The notes beneath the pieces are model-generated. The model did no database searches. It was given only the letters and a program-made list of their open reading frames with translations, and was not told the DNA's origin. From positions 1 to 64,000 of IMG/VR virus record IMGVR_UViG_3300043036_000358: a stretch of 64,000 nucleotides of DNA. One strand, 5' to 3'. Within the stretch, counting starts at the first letter, position 1; each line of letters opens with the position of its first letter. This DNA is from a virus. Taxonomy: Duplodnaviria; Caudoviricetes. A program made the position numbers and the translations under genes. Shown here one piece after another: positions 53,873 to 63,625 of the stretch.

Positions 53873-54402
53873 TAAAATAATCCTGGGAAATAGCCAGGTG
53901 TAAAATTATAGCACGGAAAAGGCTCACGACTTAGATTAACCATCTCTAAACTAAGGTTGATTTGCTGTGCGTTATACGTTACACTGGTTATAGAGAAATC
54001 GGAGAAAGTTGCCTCTACATAGTCTGGAGTACTAGATAGTACTAGCTCTAGCAGTATTTTTGTGGGCTTTGTTATGTTTTGTCGTATTAATGCTATTAAG
54101 TCTGGAGCAGCATATTGTAATACAATATTAAACTGCCCCATACCTATTTCTTGCTCTGTTGGCAAGGTTATTTCCATAGGTAAAAAGTAGTAACTATTAG
54201 ACCTACTTGTTACACCATAAATAATCTCCTGGTCCGTAGTTAAACTTGCTAACCTGCCTGTAAAGCCGTTAGCAAGTCTACCTACTACAGTACTTGGATT
54301 TTCAGGATCATATATGGTTAAAAGCATTAATAATGCTTCATTTGTTTCCGAACCATACATTGCTTTTATAGCATTAGAAGATAGTCTATTTAATCTACTC
54401 AT
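53872..54402 (-). CDS. DUF1833-like tail tip protein
   Basis: LMLLTI...V.SR...Y...P.EITLP...L.LVL.STPD.VE...FP...FTP..FPGLF. Confidence 0.8.
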   Translation of the reverse strand: MSRLNRLSSNAIKAMYGSETNEALLMLLTIYDPENPSTVVGRLANGFTGRLASLTTDQEIIYGVTSRSNSYYFLPMEITLPTEQEIGMGQFNIVLQYAAPDLIALIRQNITKPTKILLELVLSSTPDYVEATFSDFSITSVTYNAQQINLSLEMVNLSREPFPCYNFTPGYFPGLF

Positions 54403-54764
54403 GGCATTACTTCAAGTTTTAAGCTAGTTGACCAGTATCCTGGTGCAATATATTGTAGTGTATAAAATTCGCCAGAATTAGCTGGTATAATACGAACATC
54501 TATTATAGTGTTTAGTAATCTGGGGTGTGGAAAACGGAATCTATTTGTACCATAGACGTAGTCTTTTACAAATTCTTCCAGTATTTGAGTTTGAGCTGTT
54601 GTCATTATAAATGACAGTGACAATTCTGTTGGCTTTGAACCACGTCTGCGCTGTTTTGCAGGGCCGGCATCAGTTTGACTGCGAATTATATTAACACCCA
54701 CAGTCTCCTGAAACCCTTTTTGAGGAGACTGTGGTAAAGTGCTAGGCCATAGTAATACTGCCAT
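54399..54764 (-). CDS. distal tail (Dit/gpM-like) protein
   Basis: WP.TLPQ.P...IRSQ.DAGPAKQRRR...F.FPHP...W...L.LEV.P; follows the tape measure gene. Confidence 0.8.
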   Translation of the reverse strand: MAVLLWPSTLPQSPQKGFQETVGVNIIRSQTDAGPAKQRRRGSKPTELSLSFIMTTAQTQILEEFVKDYVYGTNRFRFPHPRLLNTIIDVRIIPANSGEFYTLQYIAPGYWSTSLKLEVMP

Positions 54765-54767
54765 TTA

Positions 54768-57700
54768 TTATCTCCTTACAATGGAAGGACGTTGTCCAAA
54801 TCCATTAGTTAGTGCTTGCTGGGTACTTGAACCAGGCTTGCTTAATTGGTCTGCTACCATGTCACCTACCATAACCTCAATCTTACGATTGCCCTTGCTG
54901 TCCACAGTTTCTTTGGTTTCTGCTTTTTCAGTACTATAGTTATTAATAACTACTTCTACATTGCTTCCACCACCCTGTGCGCGAACGCCCAGATTTCCAC
55001 TACCGTCACGTGTAAGTGGCATAATGGCTTCTGGGCCGGCTTCGCCCATTAGCCCTGTGCCTTTTGCAAACTTAAATAAGGTTGGTGAATTAACAATACT
55101 ATTGGTAAATGCACCACCTTTGGCAAATGCCTCAATACCATAGTCAAAGGCATTACCTTTGGCGCTAGGAGCCATCATATTAAGTCCAGCATCAAACATC
55201 GCGTTACCCGCAGCATTTGTATCGCCCATAGTAGCAAAGTAGTTGAAGCCTGCATTAAGTATACCACCAAAACCACCAGAACCTCTAATAAAGGACATTT
55301 GTGCTTGCTGAATTTCGTAGCGCAGTAATCCTTCTATAAAGCTAGAAATCATTGACTCAAAACTGAGTTTACCAGTTTTAGTAAATTCTACAATGGCATC
55401 TTCCATGCCTTTCATGGAATTTTCAAATATATCTGCATAAGCTTTTTGGCGAACACTTAGTTCACCGAGTATATTTAATCGTTCTTTGTCTGCGGTGCCT
55501 TGTTCTCTGATTCTCTGTGTAGAGTCAGTATAAAACTTCAGTGCATTTGCTTTGTCGGTTTCAATTTGAGCACTACGTTGAGGTGTTACATTTCCGGCAG
55601 CTATTTCTTTATTTAAAGCAACAGTTTTATTAATATAATCTGATAAAGCCTGATTTAACTGCTGTGCAGTATTCAGCTCCACTCTTTTTAACTCATTGAG
55701 ATTAGTCTGATCTTCGTACTGCTGCTGACTAATTGTTTTTTGAGCTAGTTTTGTATCCAAGGACTTTTGATCTATGTCCAGGCTTTGTACTCTGGTATCG
55801 TACTCTAGTGTACTTGCTGCGTTATTATCAGAAAGAATTTGAGATATTCTATCATAGTCTCTGGCAGTAGTTTCGACTAATAAGGCTGACTTAGCTTGAG
55901 TATCTGTAGTTGCTTCTAGTATAGCGAAGCGAGCCTCAGCGTCCTTTGTTTGCTTTTCATAGGTAGGTAAATCAGTTCTTGCTGCTGTTAGTGCCTCTTG
56001 ACCTGCCTGAGCAGCAGCTCCACTAATACCGTTAACTGCTGGCTTAGTTACTATGTCTATAACACCTTTTGCTTGTGACACAGTTTGTCGTTCTGCTATA
56101 GTAGCTTGACGTTTTCTCTCTGCTTCAGTAACTAATCTGAATTGCTTGTTTATAGTGTCTCTATCTTCTAAGGTTAAGCCTTCTTGAGCTAGTTGGGCAT
56201 CTCTTTGTACTTCTTTCTCTTTTATGTAATCAGCATCATTTCTATTGTCTTGCTCAAATAGTGCTAACTTTTTATCAAGTGCTCTTTTTTGCTCGTTGCT
56301 TATCTTATTTATATCTAGTACGGCTAGTTGAGACTGCATACCTGATCTTAGCTGCTGCTGTTCAAAATAAGCACCTTTTAACTCTGCTGGAACGTTTTCT
56401 TTTGCAAGTGTACCCCTGTAGATTTGCTCTTCAGCTTGGGCTAATCCAAGTTCTTTGCTTATTTCTGCTTGCTTTTCTGGCGTAGCATTTTGTAGTTTTT
56501 TCTCTAGATCCATTACTTTCTGAGAAGCAGTTGATATTTTTAATTGGTTAGTAAGCGTATAGATTGATTGAATTTCTTGCTTGCGAATATCAATTGACTT
56601 ATTTTCCAAAGTCATCTGTGCTTCAATAGTTGCCTGTGACTTGGGTAGTGCTGAAACTAAACCTTTTTGCTGATCTATACCGGCTTGTGCGGATGCTGTT
56701 TTTACTTTTGCTAAAGCTATTTTAAAAGCGTACTCCATGGAATCAGCTGTAGCTTTCTTTAAAACATTACCAAGTTCAGCTAAACTCTTTTTATCTGCTT
56801 GTAGCTTTACAAAAATAGCATCTCGTTGCAGTGAATCATATGCTTGAGTATCAATATCTTCCCAATAACTTGCACCACTCAAGGATTTAAGTTGAAGCTC
56901 TGCGTCTTGTATTGCTTTTGTTAATCTTTTGAAATCCTCAGCAACAGCTAAAATTTGAGCGGCCGACTCTGGCGAAAAGGCTTGGAGCTTACTTGTGTCT
57001 GCTATTATATCATTAAAAGTAGCTGCCGCAACTTTTGGATTCTCAAATGCCTTAGTCATGATATCTGACTGCTTGGCAATTGCACTAGCATAGTTAGATA
57101 CTACATCGTTTGGTTTTAATGTATTTTCTAGTGCTGTAAATGCTGTAGTTACATTTTTGAATCCATCACGTATTAGGGCAACAGAACTAGCTACTGCTTG
57201 GTTCTTTACTTTTAATTCTTCGGCGTCTTTTGTTAATTGTTTTAACTTTTTAGGGTCAATACTATCTAGTGCATCGTCTATTGCAAAAAAGTTTAAGTCG
57301 TCTATTGATAGTAGATTCTTTAACTTACCCTCAAATTCGCTTTTTAATGCCGGATCTTCTATGGTTTCTAACAACTTGGTTATGCTAGAGGCTAATCCTT
57401 TGGCTACATCATCTTGTTTTGATAGACCTACCAGGCTTTTTAAGCTTTCCCATACCATATCTACACCGTTGGAAGCTTTATCAAAATCCGCAAACTTATT
57501 AACTAACTTATCCATAGCATCTACTAGGCCAACTGTTGCATTGGCTTTGGCCATTATTGACTCTGAAGAAAGTACGTTGTTGAACTTCTCAAAAGTACCG
57601 GTGGCAGTTTTTACAGCTTCATCTGATTGTTCAATGGCGGAACCTAGAGCCTCGGCTTCTTTACGGTTTTTTGACATAAAGGAGTATAGAGTAGATAGTG

Positions 57701-59381
57701 CTCCAACTACTAGACCAACTGTACCAAAAAATCCAGTTACAACACTTGCAGCTCTTGAAATAGCGGTGGTTGCGATTGCAGCTGCACCGCCTACTCTGGT
57801 AAATCCAGCAGATATTCCTGTTAATTTTTCGTCTTTGATACCTTTGTTTAGCTTTTCCCAAGACTGTGACATAGAACCGGTTGAAGCATTTTCCGCCGCC
57901 TCAGATATCAATGCGGATCTAGACTTGGAGATTCTTGCTTTATTTAGCTCATCTCTGGCAAAACCTGCTGCAGATAACTTGCTAGCACCTGATATGTTTT
58001 TATTTGTTTGATCGCTGATCTTTTCTAGTAATTTTTCGTGTTCTTTTTCGGACTTTATCCAACCATCTAAAGCTACACGAGCTTCTTTATAAGCCGCGGC
58101 CAATTGTTTATTACCAGCTGCAGCTGCTTCTGCTTGTTTTGACTGTAAATATCCTCGATCTTCTTTGCTAAGTGTTGTGCCTTGTAATATATTTTGAGTA
58201 CGTTCATCAAAAACACCAGCCATACCCTTGGACTTTTTAAGTCTTCGCTCTGCTTTTTCAAAACTAGCTAATTTTGCATCTGCCTCAGCCTCGGACATAT
58301 TAATAATGTACTGAAACTGATCTTTTTCAATCTTTTTAATAGCGTCGCTTTTTTGTTGCCACTTTTTCTCAGACTCATCTGCTGATGAAGCTAAAGCTGA
58401 CTTATACTGTCCTATTGCTGGTATAGCTTGTTTTAGTAGCAAACTACCTAAACCTGCTACCACTATGCCCAAAGCAGTTGGACTTGAGCTTAGCAAGCTG
58501 ATTAGTGGTCCAAGTGCTGTGTTAATAAAACCCAGTACTTTGTTAGACAAGTTTGTTAGTGAGGCAGCTAACTGGTCGTAGGGGTTTGCCTCAATTTTGA
58601 TACTGCCAAACTTAGCAGTACCTTCTGCAAGCACAGCATTAGCAAATGCCTGACGTTTTTCAAAGTCTGTTAAACTAGCTGCTGATTTACCAATTCTTTT
58701 TGCATAATCTTCTGTTGCAGCACCTACTTTGGTAAAGATACCCAATTCGTCTAATAGTTCTGGTTCTAGCTTGGTAATACCACGAGTAAGACGACTAACA
58801 GCATCGGCCATGTCGATACCTAGGGCTTTACTAGCATTATTTGCTACTTTTCCCAACTGTTCGAACTGTGCTTGACTTAGTCCACTAGACACTGCTTTAA
58901 CAGTTGCAGAAACGGCATCTTTTAAACTGATTGCACCATCCGAGGCTTCTACAAATCTTTGCGCCATGCTGCCCAAAGCTATACCACTGGAAATTCCCAG
59001 TTGATTCATACCTTGAATCATGTTAGTGACGTTTGCGGCGTTACTTAGTGCACTAAACGCAGCGCTAACGGCAAATATGTTAGCTGCCCAGGTAGCGTAT
59101 AGGCGAACTAGTCCACCAAGACCTTGTGCTTGGTTGGCAAAATCACGAGCACCGGCTCCTGTTGCTCCCATACTTCCGCGAGCACGGCCGTATTCAGCGT
59201 TTTCACTACCACCCATTGCGGAGCTATAGCTAGACTTTACGGCGCCGCTACCAGACTTAGTACCAGTACTAAGTCTCTTTGTTTTCTCTAATTCACGGTT
59301 TAAGCTTTCAACTTCACTCTTACGACTTTTAATACTGCCTTTGGTGTCTTCTAAACTTAAATCTATTTTGACTGTTGCCAT
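54768..59381 (-). CDS. tail tape measure protein
   Basis: About 1537-aa helical ORF (ATG 59381 with AAGGAG SD); L..GI.KLEPELLDELGI N-terminal motif, FAKGG...GEAGPEAIMPL lambda-type C-terminus. Confidence 0.95.
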   Translation of the reverse strand: MATVKIDLSLEDTKGSIKSRKSEVESLNRELEKTKRLSTGTKSGSGAVKSSYSSAMGGSENAEYGRARGSMGATGAGARDFANQAQGLGGLVRLYATWAANIFAVSAAFSALSNAANVTNMIQGMNQLGISSGIALGSMAQRFVEASDGAISLKDAVSATVKAVSSGLSQAQFEQLGKVANNASKALGIDMADAVSRLTRGITKLEPELLDELGIFTKVGAATEDYAKRIGKSAASLTDFEKRQAFANAVLAEGTAKFGSIKIEANPYDQLAASLTNLSNKVLGFINTALGPLISLLSSSPTALGIVVAGLGSLLLKQAIPAIGQYKSALASSADESEKKWQQKSDAIKKIEKDQFQYIINMSEAEADAKLASFEKAERRLKKSKGMAGVFDERTQNILQGTTLSKEDRGYLQSKQAEAAAAGNKQLAAAYKEARVALDGWIKSEKEHEKLLEKISDQTNKNISGASKLSAAGFARDELNKARISKSRSALISEAAENASTGSMSQSWEKLNKGIKDEKLTGISAGFTRVGGAAAIATTAISRAASVVTGFFGTVGLVVGALSTLYSFMSKNRKEAEALGSAIEQSDEAVKTATGTFEKFNNVLSSESIMAKANATVGLVDAMDKLVNKFADFDKASNGVDMVWESLKSLVGLSKQDDVAKGLASSITKLLETIEDPALKSEFEGKLKNLLSIDDLNFFAIDDALDSIDPKKLKQLTKDAEELKVKNQAVASSVALIRDGFKNVTTAFTALENTLKPNDVVSNYASAIAKQSDIMTKAFENPKVAAATFNDIIADTSKLQAFSPESAAQILAVAEDFKRLTKAIQDAELQLKSLSGASYWEDIDTQAYDSLQRDAIFVKLQADKKSLAELGNVLKKATADSMEYAFKIALAKVKTASAQAGIDQQKGLVSALPKSQATIEAQMTLENKSIDIRKQEIQSIYTLTNQLKISTASQKVMDLEKKLQNATPEKQAEISKELGLAQAEEQIYRGTLAKENVPAELKGAYFEQQQLRSGMQSQLAVLDINKISNEQKRALDKKLALFEQDNRNDADYIKEKEVQRDAQLAQEGLTLEDRDTINKQFRLVTEAERKRQATIAERQTVSQAKGVIDIVTKPAVNGISGAAAQAGQEALTAARTDLPTYEKQTKDAEARFAILEATTDTQAKSALLVETTARDYDRISQILSDNNAASTLEYDTRVQSLDIDQKSLDTKLAQKTISQQQYEDQTNLNELKRVELNTAQQLNQALSDYINKTVALNKEIAAGNVTPQRSAQIETDKANALKFYTDSTQRIREQGTADKERLNILGELSVRQKAYADIFENSMKGMEDAIVEFTKTGKLSFESMISSFIEGLLRYEIQQAQMSFIRGSGGFGGILNAGFNYFATMGDTNAAGNAMFDAGLNMMAPSAKGNAFDYGIEAFAKGGAFTNSIVNSPTLFKFAKGTGLMGEAGPEAIMPLTRDGSGNLGVRAQGGGSNVEVVINNYSTEKAETKETVDSKGNRKIEVMVGDMVADQLSKPGSSTQQALTNGFGQRPSIVRR

Positions 59382-59437
59382 CTTTGCTCCTTTACTTAGA
59401 ACCTGTGGCTTAAATTGCACAAACTTTGATACAGACC

Positions 59438-59466
59438 ATTATATCATGTAACCATTATAATGTCAA
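59438..59466 (-). promoter_or_regulatory. consensus sigma70 promoter for the tape measure gene
   Basis: Minus strand TTGACA-17 bp-TATAAT. Confidence 0.9.
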
Positions 59467-59485
59467 ACCAAAAAATTTTTAACAT

Positions 59486-59520
59486 AAAAAAACCCGCGAG
59501 GTTTTAAGTCGCGGGTTTTT
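59486..59520 (-). terminator. Rho-independent terminator
   Basis: AAACCCGCGA-loop-TCGCGGGTTT flanked by A and T tracts. Confidence 0.85.
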
Positions 59521-59896
59521 CGGCTGCTTTTTTACTGTTTATTTCTTGAGCACGTACTTGATCTATTAGCCGCACAAGAGTAATAATAAACTTATTATCT
59601 TCTGGACTGATTTCGGAAGCTTCTAATATTTCAGTAATACCAATTAGTGTTTTACCAAGATAAACGCCACTCATGCTATCCCACTCATCACGCAACATTC
59701 TGTAAACTCCAAACGCCTGCTGAACTTCTATTGGAAAGTCATCAAGTTCAACCGGAATTTCTGAATCAACCGGCTCACTACCCAAGGCTTCGCACATTTC
59801 AAAGTACTGATCCCGGGTCATGTTCACATTAGAATTTTGCATGTAATTTACGAGCAACTCATTTAAGGCTTGTTGCTGCTCGAAGAAAAGTTTCCC
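59504..59896 (-). CDS. tail assembly chaperone C-terminal (gpT-like) frame reached by -1 frameshift
   Basis: Frame open from the GGG AAA shift site to the stop; T5 p139-like YFEMCE.LG.EP...IP.E..D.P. Confidence 0.75.
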   Translation of the reverse strand, partial: GKLFFEQQQALNELLVNYMQNSNVNMTRDQYFEMCEALGSEPVDSEIPVELDDFPIEVQQAFGVYRMLRDEWDSMSGVYLGKTLIGITEILEASEISPEDNKFIITLVRLIDQVRAQEINSKKAAEKPAT

Positions 59897-60279
59897 AGGT
59901 CCGATACCTGTTCGCTAATAAAAGCATCAAAGTTACTTGAGTTCTTCATTAAGTACAGTGCATTTTCTGCACTGAATTCTAGCTCGTCTTCTGGATTTTG
60001 TCCAGTTAAGTCTACTGGAGCCAATTGTTCAAGGTAAGCCAGTTTTAGTCCACTCCAGCCTTTTACAGCATTTTCAACATAAAGTTGCAGGAATAAGTCC
60101 TCATTGAACTCATCAGATGCTTGACGATTTTTAAAGCTAGTTTTAGTAGACTTTTTGCGAATGTTAAGAAGCGTTTCGCGCGATAAGAACGCAATGTTAA
60201 CCTTGAAGCCATAGAGGCCAGGATACTCTACTTCAACGGATTTTGAAGGAACCAACAGAGATTTTAGGGAAATTGACAT
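59863..60279 (-). CDS. tail assembly chaperone (gpG-like)
   Basis: Between tube and tape measure; YPG..GF.V....LSRE...I.K...AVKGW.GL; AGGA SD. Confidence 0.85.
   Translation of the reverse strand: MSISLKSLLVPSKSVEVEYPGLYGFKVNIAFLSRETLLNIRKKSTKTSFKNRQASDEFNEDLFLQLYVENAVKGWSGLKLAYLEQLAPVDLTGQNPEDELEFSAENALYLMKNSSNFDAFISEQVSDLGNFSSSSNKP
59890..59896 (-). other. programmed -1 ribosomal frameshift heptamer G GGA AAC
   Basis: Zero frame CTG GGA AAC; the -1 frame GGG AAA CTT runs 13 stop-free codons into the downstream ORF. Confidence 0.8.
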
Positions 60280-60296
60280 ATTTTTATATTAAGTAA

Positions 60297-60330
60297 GAAA
60301 AAGTAGGGTTGGGGATCAATCCAACCCTGT
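60297..60330 (-). terminator. terminator after the major tail gene
   Basis: Minus strand AGGGTTGG-loop-CCAACCCT-ACTTTTT. Confidence 0.8.
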
Positions 60331-60337
60331 AGAAAAA

Positions 60338-61471
60338 TTAAGTTGGAGTTGTATTAGGAGTTGTATATGTAATATTCAACTCGTTAGCTGCACCAATATC
60401 AAAACTGGTACCAGTGTACCCTTGAGCAGTAAAATTAATTGTTGTTGACACAACTTGCTCAGCGTTTACAGCAGGAATTGATAACACAACCGCAGGCATT
60501 TCAAACTCTACTCTAGTAGTATTAGTTCCGCCAACTGCAATCTTTAAGTAGAAGTCAGGATCAACTGATGTAGTGGAGTTTGTTAGCATGGTATCCATTA
60601 GACCCTGCGTGTTGGTAGTGCCTGTACGTAAGTAAGCATTTAAACTTCCGCTAATAGAGCGAGTACCTGTAAAGTATGTAACTGCTTTATTAACAGTAGC
60701 TAAGTTAGCTGGTGTTAAGTAAGTAACATTATTACTAATTGTTAGTGAGCCACCAGTAATAGGCACGCTGTAAGAGGAGCCACTAGCACCACCAATAACA
60801 TCTTTTAGTGTAACAACACTCAACTTATTAGCAATATAAGGTGCAGTTGTTACCTTTTGCTTGAAGTTTCCACCGATAGTACCACTAATTGTTCCACCAC
60901 TAATTGTTGGGGACGTAATCTGACGTAGTTCACTGCCTTGACCAGACCACTGAATACTAGCAATAGCATCTAAGCCGAAATCAACCGTTGCGGTGTTTAA
61001 CACACAGTTATCAATAACAAAAGTTGTTGTATCAAGTACAATAATTAAACCAAATTTTTGTAGTTGGTGTTTATTAGAGTTTGTTACTACACAAGTAGCA
61101 TTGCTAGTATCGTCTTCCCAAGCAGGGTCAGTACCACCAATTGCATCAACTGCAAACATTGCGTTCCACAACACAGATTCTTCACAAGTGATGTTTGTAC
61201 CACCGTCTTGTGGGCGCATATAAGTTGTAAACGAAAAGTCCGCTGGGTCTAGACTTGTGTTAAAACTACGCTGACCACGAACTGGGCTAGCGCCAGCTTC
61301 GTTTAGTGTAACTGTTTCTTGACCAGTATTCTGACTAAAACTAAAACCTTCTAGTACTTGAATTTCGCGGGTTGTATCCGCTGTGTGACTTGTAGCTTCT
61401 ACCTTACCAGTAGTTGAGTCGACTTTAGTCGTGAAGAATACTCGACTATTACGAATTAAATTAAATGACAT
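60338..61471 (-). CDS. major tail tube protein (T5 pb6-like, without Ig extension)
   Basis: L.RN.RV.F.T, EIQVL.GFSFSQ, R..R.FN..L.PA..SF.TY.RP, DF..DAIA.I.W.G, TG.RS.SGSL.AYL. Confidence 0.9.
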   Translation of the reverse strand: MSFNLIRNSRVFFTTKVDSTTGKVEATSHTADTTREIQVLEGFSFSQNTGQETVTLNEAGASPVRGQRSFNTSLDPADFSFTTYMRPQDGGTNITCEESVLWNAMFAVDAIGGTDPAWEDDTSNATCVVTNSNKHQLQKFGLIIVLDTTTFVIDNCVLNTATVDFGLDAIASIQWSGQGSELRQITSPTISGGTISGTIGGNFKQKVTTAPYIANKLSVVTLKDVIGGASGSSYSVPITGGSLTISNNVTYLTPANLATVNKAVTYFTGTRSISGSLNAYLRTGTTNTQGLMDTMLTNSTTSVDPDFYLKIAVGGTNTTRVEFEMPAVVLSIPAVNAEQVVSTTINFTAQGYTGTSFDIGAANELNITYTTPNTTPT

Positions 61472-61547
61472 ATCTCATTTCCTTGTAGTTAGTACACTAG
61501 TACCTTAACTAGACATTTATCTGTTGCTGGCACTTTGGTACGGTTGC

Positions 61548-61985
61548 TTACATAATCTGGTATCGGACTTGTAAGTTAATTTCGCCAACTGCATAAGGGG
61601 CTAAAAGCCCTTCATCAGTTGTTATTGACTGAATTAATATTTCAGTTGTTTCGTAGTTGGTAGTGGCATCGTATACGAGCACACGATTTGCGTCCACACA
61701 ATTCTCTATGTCTTCTAGTAGTAGTTCTAGTTGTTCACTGGAATCTTCACCGTGGCAATATACTTTAATGGCTATACCTAGGTATCCCCAAGTAAAGTTG
61801 CCAGGATGATACTCACGTTGCTCAGAACCAGGTGTTAAGTACACTGCTGGAAAGTCTTTTACTTCGTCCCAGAATTTTAGCTTGGCATAAGCATTTTGGA
61901 ATAAGTTGGTTTTATAAGGTGCTTGACCGTTTATTAAGGCTAGCTTAGCAGTCAAGACTTTTACGATTGAGGTTCTACGACTCAT
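61548..61985 (-). CDS. tail terminator (T5 p142-like)
   Basis: RR..I...L..I.G, N.Y..LKF.DEV.DFP.V.L..G.E.REY, TDEGLL.PY..GE..L.VRY. Confidence 0.85.
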   Translation of the reverse strand: MSRRTSIVKVLTAKLALINGQAPYKTNLFQNAYAKLKFWDEVKDFPAVYLTPGSEQREYHPGNFTWGYLGIAIKVYCHGEDSSEQLELLLEDIENCVDANRVLVYDATTNYETTEILIQSITTDEGLLAPYAVGEINLQVRYQIM

Positions 61986-63625
61986 ATATTTACTGCCCTT
62001 AAACGATTGCCTACTTGTTGTGCAGCAATTTCACGAATTGACTTGCTTATCAGCAACTTAGGGTCGCGTGATGCAGGGGAACTTTGTTTTCCGCCACTTG
62101 AGAATGTTGCGTAAGGATTCTTCATGTAGGTATAAAAAGCAGTTATTAAACCTGCTCTGCTTTGGCTCATGCTTTCAACTTTGGCACTTGAAGCTAGTCT
62201 ACCAGATCGGTAGTTTAACACACTACGAGAACTTCCGTCACCCATATTGGCGCTGATAACATCTTGCAACTGCTGGTTGATTAGGTTTTGTAATCCGGTT
62301 AAATTAGCCTGTAACTCTGTCGATACAGCTAAACTAACTTTGTTACTTTTAGCTGTAGGCTTATTGAAACTAGTCTTTTCAGATTTATTTTGTACAGAAT
62401 TTTTTACTGTTTTTGAAGTTCTAACAGTTGTTGAGCTTTTTTCGCCGGCTACACGTTTGCCTAACAGTATTCCAGAATAAGCTTCTGTTAAAAAATCTAC
62501 AATAGACCTAGACGATTTTCCCAATGCTGGATTATTTCTAAGTACTAGTCTTAATATAGTATTTACTATCTTATCTTTTGCTGATTTAGTAATAGTAGTT
62601 GGTTTCTGTATATTAAAACTACGAACTGCGCTAGCTTCTGAAATCCTACCACGCTGTTGATTTAACTCTGCATCTTCTATATTTGTAAATGTAACGCCTA
62701 GGGCCAATAGTACACCGTAGCCACCCTGACTACTTAAAAAAGTCTTATCTACTCTTATACTATTTTCTAAAAGCTTACTTTCTATTTTAAATATTTCTGC
62801 TGCTTGTTGTGGGCTTGATGACCTACTAGATCTTCCGGAACTTACGCCGTACAGTACTTGAGCAAAGGCAGGGCTATTAACAAAAGACCCTAGATCATTA
62901 ATTAATGAGGCATGTCCAGCGTTTACTAGTGTACCTAAACCGAATCCTGAAACTGTATCAGTACCTAAAGTAGCTTTTATAAAAGCCTCTACTGGTTTAT
63001 ACACGTTTTCTTTTATAGGAGTACCAATTGCATTAAATGAAGATGAAAAAAATACAAATCTAGTACTTGAACTACCAAGTCTAGGGTCTACCGCTGCTAG
63101 TACAGCTCTATTGCCGAAAATAGAGTTTATGTTTTTAGAGAACTCAAGGCCTAGTATTCTAGCAGATATTGGATTATCTATTTTTCTTGTTCTTGCAAAT
63201 AGTTTACTAGATAGTGAGTTTAGTGCATCTATCGGGTTTTTTACTGTCTGATTACTAAGTAGCTTGTTATGGTATTTACTTAAACTATCTACAACTATTT
63301 TACTGAGATTTTTATATTCTGTACTATTTTTATCTGCAAACCTTGCGGCTATGCCTGTATCTGCTCCTGGATCCAGTACGTTTTTACCGGCCTCTGCCAA
63401 TCTATTTGCAAGTATATTAGTAAAAGACTCTGCGTCTATTACATGTACGTTTGGAATATATTTATCATATGCTAAACGTAGTTTTGTATCTATTTCGCTA
63501 ACAAAAGTATTAATATCTTTTGCTGCTTTTTCTTTGGAGTTATAATATGAGGCTTGCTCAGCAACTAATCCAGTTAAAAACTCTTTTGCATTTGTTGCTA
63601 TACTATAAGGTATCTCAATAGCCAT
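61982..63625 (-). CDS. tail completion protein (T5 p143-like C-terminus) with a long N-terminal extension
   Basis: C-terminal L.YRSGRLA.S..V...YTY..PY..F...RDP..LI..SIREIA; synteny. Confidence 0.75.
   Translation of the reverse strand: MAIEIPYSIATNAKEFLTGLVAEQASYYNSKEKAAKDINTFVSEIDTKLRLAYDKYIPNVHVIDAESFTNILANRLAEAGKNVLDPGADTGIAARFADKNSTEYKNLSKIVVDSLSKYHNKLLSNQTVKNPIDALNSLSSKLFARTRKIDNPISARILGLEFSKNINSIFGNRAVLAAVDPRLGSSSTRFVFFSSSFNAIGTPIKENVYKPVEAFIKATLGTDTVSGFGLGTLVNAGHASLINDLGSFVNSPAFAQVLYGVSSGRSSRSSSPQQAAEIFKIESKLLENSIRVDKTFLSSQGGYGVLLALGVTFTNIEDAELNQQRGRISEASAVRSFNIQKPTTITKSAKDKIVNTILRLVLRNNPALGKSSRSIVDFLTEAYSGILLGKRVAGEKSSTTVRTSKTVKNSVQNKSEKTSFNKPTAKSNKVSLAVSTELQANLTGLQNLINQQLQDVISANMGDGSSRSVLNYRSGRLASSAKVESMSQSRAGLITAFYTYMKNPYATFSSGGKQSSPASRDPKLLISKSIREIAAQQVGNRLRAVNI

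Noticed and set aside
57157-58011. 284-aa antisense ORF in the tape measure gene, and many other shadow ORFs in the track
   Set aside because: Fully nested antisense to strong genes, with no SD, promoter or motifs; explained by codon bias.
54768-59420. Tape measure start at 59420 as in the ORF track
   Set aside because: That ATG is only about 11 nt from the predicted TSS with no SD; the ATG at 59381 has AAGGAG.
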